Assembly (NCBI GenBank): GCA_040260805.1
Contig: JBDQPD010000038.1
Coordinates: 1-29,136 of the forward strand
Direction of reading: 5' to 3'
Length of the DNA stretch: 29,136 nt
Source: Myxococcota bacterium
Lineage (GTDB): Bacteria > Myxococcota > UBA4151
Positions within the stretch are counted from its first letter, which is position 1, and each line of letters opens with the position of its first letter. Both the position numbers and the translations under genes were made by a program. Positions 8,215 through 15,703 of this stretch are shown here, piece by piece. The notes below the pieces were generated by a model. That model saw only the letters and a program-made list of their open reading frames with translations. It was not told the origin of the DNA and did not search any database.

Positions 8215-9543
8215 ATGGCTCAGACCCTAACAAACATAAAGATCGGGCTCGTACTTTTATCGCTGATGACCGGCTGCGGTGATCACCTCGGGGTGATGTG
8301 GCAACCCGAGCCTTTGGTCACCACCCCTTCAAGCCCCCTGCCTGAGTCCGAAGAGCCGGCCGAACCCGCGGACACTGCCGCAGACGATCCAGCGCAATCG
8401 GCGGAGCCGGAACTGGCGGTTGATCCTGGTCCCGAGGCGGAGCCGGCGTCGCGGTGCGATGATGGTCAGCGCTATCCCAGCCCGGATTGGCCCGAGGAGG
8501 CGCCCGGCGATCATGGCATGAGCCGCGCCGCTCTCGAGCACGCAGCCGATTACGCCGGCGACAATTTTAGTCGCTGTTTGGTGGTGATCCGTCGCGGCGC
8601 GTTGGTGGGTGAGTGGTATTGGGGGCGCAACAAGGGCCGACGCATGGACCGCAACAACGCCATTAAGTCATGGTCTGTGGGTAAGTCGTATGCCGCGACG
8701 GTCGCGGGTTTAGCCATCGATCGAGGTTTGATTGAAGGCGTCGACGATTCGATTGCCGACTACATTCCAGCCTTCGAAGGGACGCGTAAAGCGCAGATCA
8801 CCATCCATGATGTGTTGAGCATGAGCTCCGGGCTTAAGTTTGACCTCAACGCCGACAATGTAGGCATGTTCTTCGCTCGCAATATGACCCGCCGAGCCTT
8901 GCGCAACCCGGTGCGCAATGATCCGGGCGTTTTGTGGGAGTACAACAACCACACCGTCCAATTGATCGAGCCGATTATACGTCAAGCCACAGGGCAAGCC
9001 GCCGACGAATTTGCGCAGACCCATCTGTTTGAGCCGCTCGGGATGAGCAGCGCCACGTGGCCGCGGGATAAAACGGGTCATCCTGCCATGTACATGAACG
9101 TTGCCGCCACATGTCGCGACCACGCTAAATTTGCCTACATGATGCTGCGCAACGGCTGCTGGGACGGTCAGGAAATTTTAAGTGAATCTTTTCACCGACA
9201 AGCCCTCGAACCCTCGACCGAGATGAACCGAGGCTACGGTTATTGGTGGTGGCTCAATGGCGAAACACCCACCTTGGATTCCGTGGACTTTTCGGAGCGC
9301 GATGGCGTGCTTCAGCCCTTTGCGCCCGCCGATGCCTACATGGCCATTGGTTTGGGTAATCAAGTGGTTGAGGTCATTCCTTCCTTGGACATGGTGATCG
9401 TGCGCATGGGCGTCGCGCCCCAAGAGAACTTGATCTATTGGTTGACCGATCGACCGCGCATCATGCGGGAGATGAAGAACGATGGCGCCCATGTGGTGCT
9501 CGACGGTGTGGTGCGTCGGGTGCTTGCGAGTGTACGGGACTAG
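8215..9543 (+). CDS. Lipoprotein serine hydrolase, beta-lactamase class C/AmpC-like (CubicO/NylB group)
   Basis: Start moved to ATG 8215 (GGAGG at 8201-8205); LMTGC lipobox; Pro/Glu linker; SVGK (SxxK), VLSMSSGL, YNN, YGYWWW, AIGLGNQ. Confidence 0.9.
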   Translation: MAQTLTNIKIGLVLLSLMTGCGDHLGVMWQPEPLVTTPSSPLPESEEPAEPADTAADDPAQSAEPELAVDPGPEAEPASRCDDGQRYPSPDWPEEAPGDHGMSRAALEHAADYAGDNFSRCLVVIRRGALVGEWYWGRNKGRRMDRNNAIKSWSVGKSYAATVAGLAIDRGLIEGVDDSIADYIPAFEGTRKAQITIHDVLSMSSGLKFDLNADNVGMFFARNMTRRALRNPVRNDPGVLWEYNNHTVQLIEPIIRQATGQAADEFAQTHLFEPLGMSSATWPRDKTGHPAMYMNVAATCRDHAKFAYMMLRNGCWDGQEILSESFHRQALEPSTEMNRGYGYWWWLNGETPTLDSVDFSERDGVLQPFAPADAYMAIGLGNQVVEVIPSLDMVIVRMGVAPQENLIYWLTDRPRIMREMKNDGAHVVLDGVVRRVLASVRD

Positions 9544-9588
9544 GCGGACGCATCGCTGGCGTGCTTGCGACCCAATTACAGAGGCAGC

Positions 9589-10116
9589 TCAGGGCGTTGG
9601 CGCATCCAGTGCTTCGGCTGTGAGCAGCTTCGCCATGAGGCGTTCATCGACCGGCTTGCCATCGACGCATATCGAGTGCCGCTTGATGCCTTCGACCTCA
9701 AACCCGCAGCGACTGTAAAGCCTCTGAGCGCGTTCGTTGTGCGCCATCACCGTAAGCTCCATGCGAGCAAAGCGGTGCCCGCAAGCCCAGTCCTCTAATC
9801 GCTTCATCAAACGAGTACCCAAACCCTTGCCTGACGCGCGCGACAACACGCCAAGCACGCAGTTCATGACATGCTTCTTACGATTCGGTCTGTAGCCATA
9901 GCCTGCCACAAACCCGACGAGAGCACCCTCATCCTCAGCGACAAACATCACCTTGGATGCCGAGCTGAGAAATTCCTCAATCGCCAAGTCCTGCTCTTGC
10001 GCCGACGTCTGCCGCTCTCCGGGCTCGAGCATCATGAACTTAGAGTCTGCATCAAGCTCGACCATGAGTTTCATGAGCAGAGCGCCCTCACCGCGCTTTG
10101 GCTCTCGAACGTTCAC
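9589..10116 (-). CDS. GNAT-family N-acetyltransferase
   Basis: ASGKGLGTRLM acetyl-CoA motif, LTVMAHNERAQRLYSRCGF; GTGA overlap with the upstream gene. Confidence 0.92.
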   Translation of the reverse strand: MNVREPKRGEGALLMKLMVELDADSKFMMLEPGERQTSAQEQDLAIEEFLSSASKVMFVAEDEGALVGFVAGYGYRPNRKKHVMNCVLGVLSRASGKGLGTRLMKRLEDWACGHRFARMELTVMAHNERAQRLYSRCGFEVEGIKRHSICVDGKPVDERLMAKLLTAEALDAPTP

Positions 10117-11174
10117 TCGCGCGCGGTCAGCGTCATGTCGGTGCGGGTTTTCATGCTCACACCGCTCATCTTGACCTCAGAGGTCATGCTGCCCTTCATG
10201 CTGCTGAGCATACCCTTGGCGACCAAGAAGACCGCCTCGAAGTCACCGTTCATCGACATCTCGGGCGCACCACCCATGGCGCCCATACCGCCGAGGTCAC
10301 CCATGCCGCCCATGTCGCCCATGCCCATGTCGCTTAGGTCCATGCCCATGCCGCCGCCGCCCATGTCCATCTTCATCTTGCCCATGGAGTTACCTGCTGC
10401 GATGCCGCCTTTGCCGGAGCGGATCATCGTTTTGAGCGTCGCAGACTGAGCGCTCACGCTCGGCGTCGTGGTGGTGATTTTCATGTTGGCGACGTCCATG
10501 CTGAACTGGTGACCTGAGGCGACGTTGCCTTCGGGGAGCTTGAGCATCTCGAGAAATTTGGTCGGCAGAATGTCGACCTTTTGAGCGTCTTGTTTGACGG
10601 CGACCTTCTTCTTCTTCGCTGCGGGTTGCTTGACCTTCTCGATGCTGTAGCCGGCGCTGAGTTGACCCGTCTTCGGGTTAAAAGAGGCGTGCAGCGTCAT
10701 CTTCTCGCCGCCGGCTTGAGCGCTGCCCGAGGCGCCGTTCGGACCGACCTTGGCTGAGACCAGCAGGTTCTCACCTTTCTCGGTGACGATCATGTAGATG
10801 ATCTCTTTGAACTTGAAGTTCCCTTTGCGGTCGATCTCGACCAGGTTCCTGAGCGCGCCTTTGGGCAGGTCGGACAAGGCGCCGACGACGCGTCCCTTGT
10901 CGTCAACGACTTTGAAGCGCTCAATGACCAGCGCCCCCTCGGCGGTGCCGTCACCGCGCACCCGGTCGACTTGAAGGGCAAAGGTCGAGGTGTTGGTGAG
11001 CTTGGTTTTGACCCCCATACCCATCGCTGAGATGTCGATATGATCGACGGACTTCGTCTCAAAACGTACGGTCGATCCTGCCTTCCACTGGTAGGCGAGC
11101 TCAGCGGCTGTCGCGCTCTGAGCGAACGTCAGGAGAATAAAGGCAGAGATGAGCGGCGAGGTGAATGAGCGCAT
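10113..11174 (-). CDS. Hypothetical secreted beta-rich protein with a Met/Gly-rich insert
   Basis: Likely start ATG 11174 (MRSFTSPLISAFILLTFAQSATA-AE signal peptide); LAYQWKAG start of mature part; strong GC3 bias. Confidence 0.8.
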   Translation of the reverse strand: MRSFTSPLISAFILLTFAQSATAAELAYQWKAGSTVRFETKSVDHIDISAMGMGVKTKLTNTSTFALQVDRVRGDGTAEGALVIERFKVVDDKGRVVGALSDLPKGALRNLVEIDRKGNFKFKEIIYMIVTEKGENLLVSAKVGPNGASGSAQAGGEKMTLHASFNPKTGQLSAGYSIEKVKQPAAKKKKVAVKQDAQKVDILPTKFLEMLKLPEGNVASGHQFSMDVANMKITTTTPSVSAQSATLKTMIRSGKGGIAAGNSMGKMKMDMGGGGMGMDLSDMGMGDMGGMGDLGGMGAMGGAPEMSMNGDFEAVFLVAKGMLSSMKGSMTSEVKMSGVSMKTRTDMTLTARE

Positions 11175-11395
11175 GGCGGACCCTTCTTTAGTGGCTGCAG
11201 CGTGTCGTACGACGGGCGGTCTGTGAACCGTATTCACCGATCTCGTGTCGAATCAGTCGCTGGCGTCGCCTGAACCCCTCATTCAGCGCAAGGTGTGTGG
11301 TTGGTGAGTCATTGTATTCGGGACCATTGCGCCCGATGCCCGCGCTCGACAAATCGTTACCGTGAGGCCAACTTGCCGCCTCGACGGAGGTGACG

Positions 11396-12307
11396 ATGAG
11401 CGAAGACTACCCTCGTGATCTGGTGGGCTACGGCGCCAAGCCGCCGCACCCTCAATGGCCCGGCGGTGCTCGTATCGCCGTGCAGTTTGTGATCAACTAC
11501 GAAGAGGGCGGTGAGAACTGCATCCTGCATGGCGACGACGCCAGCGAAGCGTTTTTATCGGACATCGTGGGCGCTGAGCCCTGGCCTGGACAGCGTCACC
11601 TGAGCATGGAGTCCATGTACGAATACGGCAGCCGCGCCGGCGCTTGGCGCCTGCTGCGCCTGTTTCAAGAGCGCCAAATGACCGCCACGTGCTTTTGTGT
11701 CGGCATGGCGCTGGAGCGTCACCCCGAGCCGGTGCGCGCCATGCGCGACGCCGGCTTTGAGATCGCCAGCCACGGCTACCGCTGGATCGACTATCGGCAT
11801 GTGGACGAAGCCACCGAGCGCCAACACATCGCCCAATCCATCGCCGCCCACGAGCGTTTGCTCGGCGAGCGCCCGCTTGGGTTTTATCAAGGGCGCACGG
11901 GCGACAACAGCCGGCGCCTTTGCGTGGAAGCCGGTGGCTTTGTGTACGACGCCGACAGCTACGCGGACGACCTGCCCTATTACGATCGCAGCTTTGAGCC
12001 GCCGCAGCTGGTGGTGCCGTATACACTCGAATGCAACGACATGCGCTTCGCCATGTCCCAGGGTTTTAACACCTCCGAGCAGTTCTTTACCTACATGAAA
12101 GACAGTTTTGATGTGCTCTACGCCGAGGGCGCAACCCTGCCCAAAATGATGTCAGTCGGTCTGCATTGCAGGCTCTCCGGGCGCCCCGGCAAAGCCGCCG
12201 CTTTAGCGCGCTTTCTCGACTATATTCAGGGTCATGATGCCGTGTGGGTCTGCCGCCGCATCGACGTCGCGCGCCATTGGCTGGAGCGGCACCCGCCGAC
12301 ATCATAG
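11396..12307 (+). CDS. puuE: Allantoinase PuuE (polysaccharide deacetylase fold)
   Basis: YPRDLVGYG, WPGGARIAVQFVINYEEGGEN, MESMYEYGSRAG, SHGYRWIDY, DSYADDLPY, PKMMSVGLHCRL; GGAGG at 11386-11390 favours ATG 11396. Confidence 0.93.
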   Translation: MSEDYPRDLVGYGAKPPHPQWPGGARIAVQFVINYEEGGENCILHGDDASEAFLSDIVGAEPWPGQRHLSMESMYEYGSRAGAWRLLRLFQERQMTATCFCVGMALERHPEPVRAMRDAGFEIASHGYRWIDYRHVDEATERQHIAQSIAAHERLLGERPLGFYQGRTGDNSRRLCVEAGGFVYDADSYADDLPYYDRSFEPPQLVVPYTLECNDMRFAMSQGFNTSEQFFTYMKDSFDVLYAEGATLPKMMSVGLHCRLSGRPGKAAALARFLDYIQGHDAVWVCRRIDVARHWLERHPPTS

Positions 12308-12379
12308 GGAGCACAGGTATGAACCGAACCACGCTTCAGTTCTTCACCAAACACCTCAAGCCCCAGCGGTCATAGAGCG

Positions 12380-13465
12380 CTAAGGCAGCGTGTGGCAGTC
12401 CGTCCGGACGCGCGACAAGTCGAGCTCATCGCCCTCGGCCGTGGTCAAGATGACGCTTGAGCCCTCTTGTCGCCACTGCAGCGGGAACCGACCGTCTTCG
12501 GTCTCGACCAGCAGGCTCTGACCGTAGGTGCTGACCGGCCACGAGAACGCCTCAACGCAGCCCGCTTGCTCGCTAATTCCGACCATCGTGTTGTCGGCTC
12601 GCAGCGCAATCAAAACGGCGCCTTGGGGCGGCGCCGGATCGGCGCTGTAGGTGCCGATCAACGCTGGGGGTAGATCGCCGCCTTCGCGGTAACGTTCATG
12701 ACAATCGGCTTGCGTGCGGCGCAGGCGCGTCTCGTTATCGATGATCATCTCGTCACCATCAAGGGTGAAGGGCACCGAGTTCTCTTGATCGCCCATGCGC
12801 AGGATCAGTTGATCGCCCTCAGTTCGGTAGTCGTAGGATTGGATCAGGTCGCATTGCGCTGGATCGCTCAGAAACATCATCTCGCCGTTGTCGGTAAAAG
12901 CGATCGCCTCTGGAGCGTCTGGGTCCTCGTCGTCTAAGACCTCCCAGGTGCCGATAATGTCGGCGGCTTCGGGGACGATGTGGCAGCTGTCGTTCGTGCG
13001 AGCAAAACGTAGCTCGCCGTCTTCGGTGTCGAGCAGCAGCGCGTCGCCATCCCAGCGAAACGGGACGCGCGTGACGCCGTCGATGTCGAGCAACAAGGTG
13101 CTGCCCTCGATGGAATAGGTTGCAGCGTCGCGCGGTGTGCACGGGTTCAGACGCTCAAGAACCAGCATGCGGTTGTCTTCACGAAAGGCTAACCCCAAGG
13201 GCTCGTCCTCATCGGTCTGAGCCAGCCAGGTCCCGATGAGGTCATTTGAGGGTTGCTCGCCCGCGTCTTCGGTCGCCCCTGCGTCGGTCGCTGGCGACGA
13301 GCCGCCGTCGGCAGTCGCTGCGCCGCTGTCACTTGTGAAGCCGCCGTCGCTCGGTGCGTTGCCGGCATCGACCGACTGCCCTCGATCGCTCCCGCCGGTC
13401 GGTGCTGGGGTAACAGGACACGCCGCCATCATGGCGATTAGGGCGAGAAATGACACGATTCGCAT
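12380..13465 (-). CDS. Hypothetical lipoprotein with three tandem lipocalin-like modules
   Basis: MRIVSFLALIAMMAAC; DAG/DGG linker; repeats start LIGTW, IIGTW, LIGTY and end DSCH, ADCH, TDCH. Confidence 0.82.
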   Translation of the reverse strand: MRIVSFLALIAMMAACPVTPAPTGGSDRGQSVDAGNAPSDGGFTSDSGAATADGGSSPATDAGATEDAGEQPSNDLIGTWLAQTDEDEPLGLAFREDNRMLVLERLNPCTPRDAATYSIEGSTLLLDIDGVTRVPFRWDGDALLLDTEDGELRFARTNDSCHIVPEAADIIGTWEVLDDEDPDAPEAIAFTDNGEMMFLSDPAQCDLIQSYDYRTEGDQLILRMGDQENSVPFTLDGDEMIIDNETRLRRTQADCHERYREGGDLPPALIGTYSADPAPPQGAVLIALRADNTMVGISEQAGCVEAFSWPVSTYGQSLLVETEDGRFPLQWRQEGSSVILTTAEGDELDLSRVRTDCHTLP

Positions 13466-13550
13466 GAAGCCTCCGATGCGAAGTTCGCGTCAGGCTCGCA
13501 CGGATGGCTTGGAGTAGACAAATGATCTTTCCAGCTTCTTTTGATCGTTA

Positions 13551-13577
13551 TAGAATTAGCAAACTGATCAGCTTGCT
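13551..13577 (+). promoter_or_regulatory. Candidate -10 box followed by a 20-bp palindromic operator
   Basis: TAGAAT (13551-13556), then AGCAAACTGATCAGCTTGCT (13558-13577) with 9 of 10 symmetric pairs. Confidence 0.45.
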
Positions 13578-13619
13578 GTGTCGCTTCAAACGGGCGACGA
13601 TCGAGCGTGTAGGGGAATC

Positions 13620-14708
13620 ATGACCAGTGCGCGATATCTGAGTATGCTGGCGCTCGTCTTCAGCGTGTCGTGTACTGACTTCAGCACAGCCGAGTCGCCG
13701 CCGCCGCACACTGAGGCGGTGTGTGGTGACGGCGAGCTCGAGGCGCATGAGGGGTGCGATGATGGCAACCTCGTCGACACCGACGCATGTCGAAACGATT
13801 GTGAAGAAGCGGTCTGCGGTGATGGCATCGTACGCACGGATCTAGAGCGCGCTCACCCTGACTATGAGGCGTGCGATGACGGTAACGCTGTGGATGGCGA
13901 CGGGTGCACCGGATGCCTTGAGCCGGCGCCGGAGACCCTTGGGGGCGACCGCCCTGTGACTGTCGGTTACCCCGATGCCTATGATCCAAGAACGAGCTAT
14001 CCGTTGATGCTGCTGCTGCACGGATTTGGGCAGAATGGTAGGCTGATCAATCGACAACTCGGCGGGACCGACAACCAAGGGCAACTCGGCTATATTTTAC
14101 TGATGCCCGAGGGGCGAAGGACGGCGGATGGTCAGCAGTTCTGGAACGCCACACCAGCCTGCTGCGGTCGAGACCGAATGGATGTTGATGACTTGGGCTA
14201 CTTGACCGGATTAATCGATGAGGCGGTCGAGCGATTGGGCGTCGATTCATCACGAGTCTTTATCATGGGTTTATCCAATGGCGGTTTTATGGCCGAGCGC
14301 ATCGCCTGCGACGCAGCGGCTAAGGTCGCAGGCGTCGTCAACGTCTCCGGCGCGAGCTTTCGGGACGCGGAGCGCTGCCAACCCAGTCGAGCGGTCACCT
14401 ATATCCGACTCCACAGCACCGCCGACGAGGTCATACCTTACGAAGGCAGACCCAGTTATCCCGGCGCCGTCGAGTCGATTGAGCGCTGGCGTTCCTACAA
14501 CGGGTGCGGCGAGGCTGAGCCCGCCCAAGAGCTCGACATGGAGACGGCGGTCGGGGGCGTCGAGACGACGCATCGGTCGTGGCTCGACTGCGGTGAGGGC
14601 TCCGAGGTTCATCTCTTCACCATGGAGGGCGTCAGCCATGTGCCGCGCTTGTCCGCTGAGGCGAAGCTCAAGGCGATGCGACTGGTGATGGATGAAACGA
14701 CGCCCTAA
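13620..14708 (+). CDS. Lipoprotein with two DUF4215 repeats and an LpqC/PHB-depolymerase-like alpha/beta esterase
   Basis: Start ATG 13620 (AGGGG upstream; FSVSC lipobox); PLMLLLHG, WNATPACC, DDLGYL, GLSNGG nucleophile elbow, HSTADEVIPY, GVSH. Confidence 0.88.
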   Translation: MTSARYLSMLALVFSVSCTDFSTAESPPPHTEAVCGDGELEAHEGCDDGNLVDTDACRNDCEEAVCGDGIVRTDLERAHPDYEACDDGNAVDGDGCTGCLEPAPETLGGDRPVTVGYPDAYDPRTSYPLMLLLHGFGQNGRLINRQLGGTDNQGQLGYILLMPEGRRTADGQQFWNATPACCGRDRMDVDDLGYLTGLIDEAVERLGVDSSRVFIMGLSNGGFMAERIACDAAAKVAGVVNVSGASFRDAERCQPSRAVTYIRLHSTADEVIPYEGRPSYPGAVESIERWRSYNGCGEAEPAQELDMETAVGGVETTHRSWLDCGEGSEVHLFTMEGVSHVPRLSAEAKLKAMRLVMDETTP

Positions 14709-14730
14709 GTTTTTGCTCGTCTGAGCCTTA

Positions 14731-14760
14731 TTGATAATCCCTTCTCATTAACGGTAAAAT
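14731..14760 (+). promoter_or_regulatory. Sigma70-like promoter overlapped by a Fur-family-like box
   Basis: TTGATA (14731-14736), 18 bp, TAAAAT (14755-14760); TGATAAT-CC-CTTCTCA resembles the 7-1-7 Fur box with one extra base. Confidence 0.55.
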
Positions 14761-14809
14761 TCGCTAGGTGCTCCGTGGGCAGCCGGTTGGCTTGACCAAG
14801 AAGTCACTC

Positions 14810-15349
14810 ATGATCTCGACGCATCTTCGCTCACAGCTTGGACTTCGGTCTGGGTTCTTGGCTGTGCTGGTCTCGACGTTTGCCCTCATGGGCTGCGGCC
14901 CTGCCGAAGCCGAGCTGCTTTGCAGCGGTCAGGGTGAGAGGCACGGTGACCCTTGCCGATGCGACAGCGGGTTTGTCCTGTCGGACCATGGTACCAAGGT
15001 CTGACTCCTCGAAGCTGTGGACGCCAACAAGGTCTTGGAGCTGTCGATCGACGAGGCTTACGGCGGTCCCACCTCAGCCACTGTTGTCGACATCACCGAC
15101 TCCGAGACGAGCTACACCACCTGCGGGACCTGTCTGATCCTGCGCAGCGGGTGCGTGGAACACAACGGTCACTTCGATGGCCAGCGCAGCTTGATGCCGC
15201 GCGCTGAAGGCAAGCTGTACCTCGATGCCCTCGGCGCGAGCGCCAGCGATCGAATCGTTGAGGTCGCAAGCGGTCAAACCGCTGCTCGAGAACTGAGCGC
15301 TTCACAACAGGATGATCGAGCCGAAGACTGCGCTCGAAGCCGCCGATGA
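14810..15349 (+). pseudogene. Interrupted lipoprotein gene (EGF-like start, CxxC-containing second part) with an in-frame TGA at 15002-15004
   Basis: ORFs 14768..15004 and 15017..15349 share a frame: ALMGC lipobox, CSGQG...CRCDSGF...GTKV*LLEAVD...SYTTCGTCLILRSGC. Confidence 0.6.
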
Positions 15350-15665
15350 TGCTGAGACGCCAAATGAAGCGTTCATGTTTGTCAGTGGACGGATCTATGA
15401 ACAGAGCGGATTTTTCATCACGAAAAAGCCGATCTTTCACATTGAGATCCGGCTCCTTGATGAGCAAGGTGAGGATCTGATGCGAGCGAGTGGGATTGGC
15501 GAAGGGACTGCGTCTCCTATCGTGATGGATCGCAAGCTGAGCAACCTGCAGCGCGCTCTAGACGGTGCTTTGCAGAGCGTGAGCTTGGTTGCGGTTGAGA
15601 CGTTAACGCTGCCGACATCAACTCAGCGGCATGCGCTAACTAGTTATCGACACCGCTCGACTTAA
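15312..15665 (+). CDS. Hypothetical protein, possibly a 5'-truncated fragment
   Basis: 117-aa ORF with protein-like alternating strands and a C-terminal helix; overlaps the preceding remnant in another frame. Confidence 0.45.
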   Translation: MIEPKTALEAADDAETPNEAFMFVSGRIYEQSGFFITKKPIFHIEIRLLDEQGEDLMRASGIGEGTASPIVMDRKLSNLQRALDGALQSVSLVAVETLTLPTSTQRHALTSYRHRST

Positions 15666-15667
15666 TA

Positions 15668-15683
15668 TATAACGATCGTTACA
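15668..15683. promoter_or_regulatory. Palindromic candidate operator upstream of the glucan operon
   Basis: Perfect 12-bp palindrome TAACGATCGTTA (15670-15681) in an AT-rich patch. Confidence 0.4.
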
Positions 15684-15703
15684 AATAAGCAGATGCGGGC
15701 AGC

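Noticed and set aside
11238..11385. Purine-related riboswitch upstream of puuE
   Set aside because: No recognisable conserved riboswitch motifs by eye; an Rfam/Infernal scan would be needed.
15005..15050. SECIS element after the TGA
   Set aside because: Only a 4-bp CCAA/TTGG stem, and the loop does not begin with the expected G.
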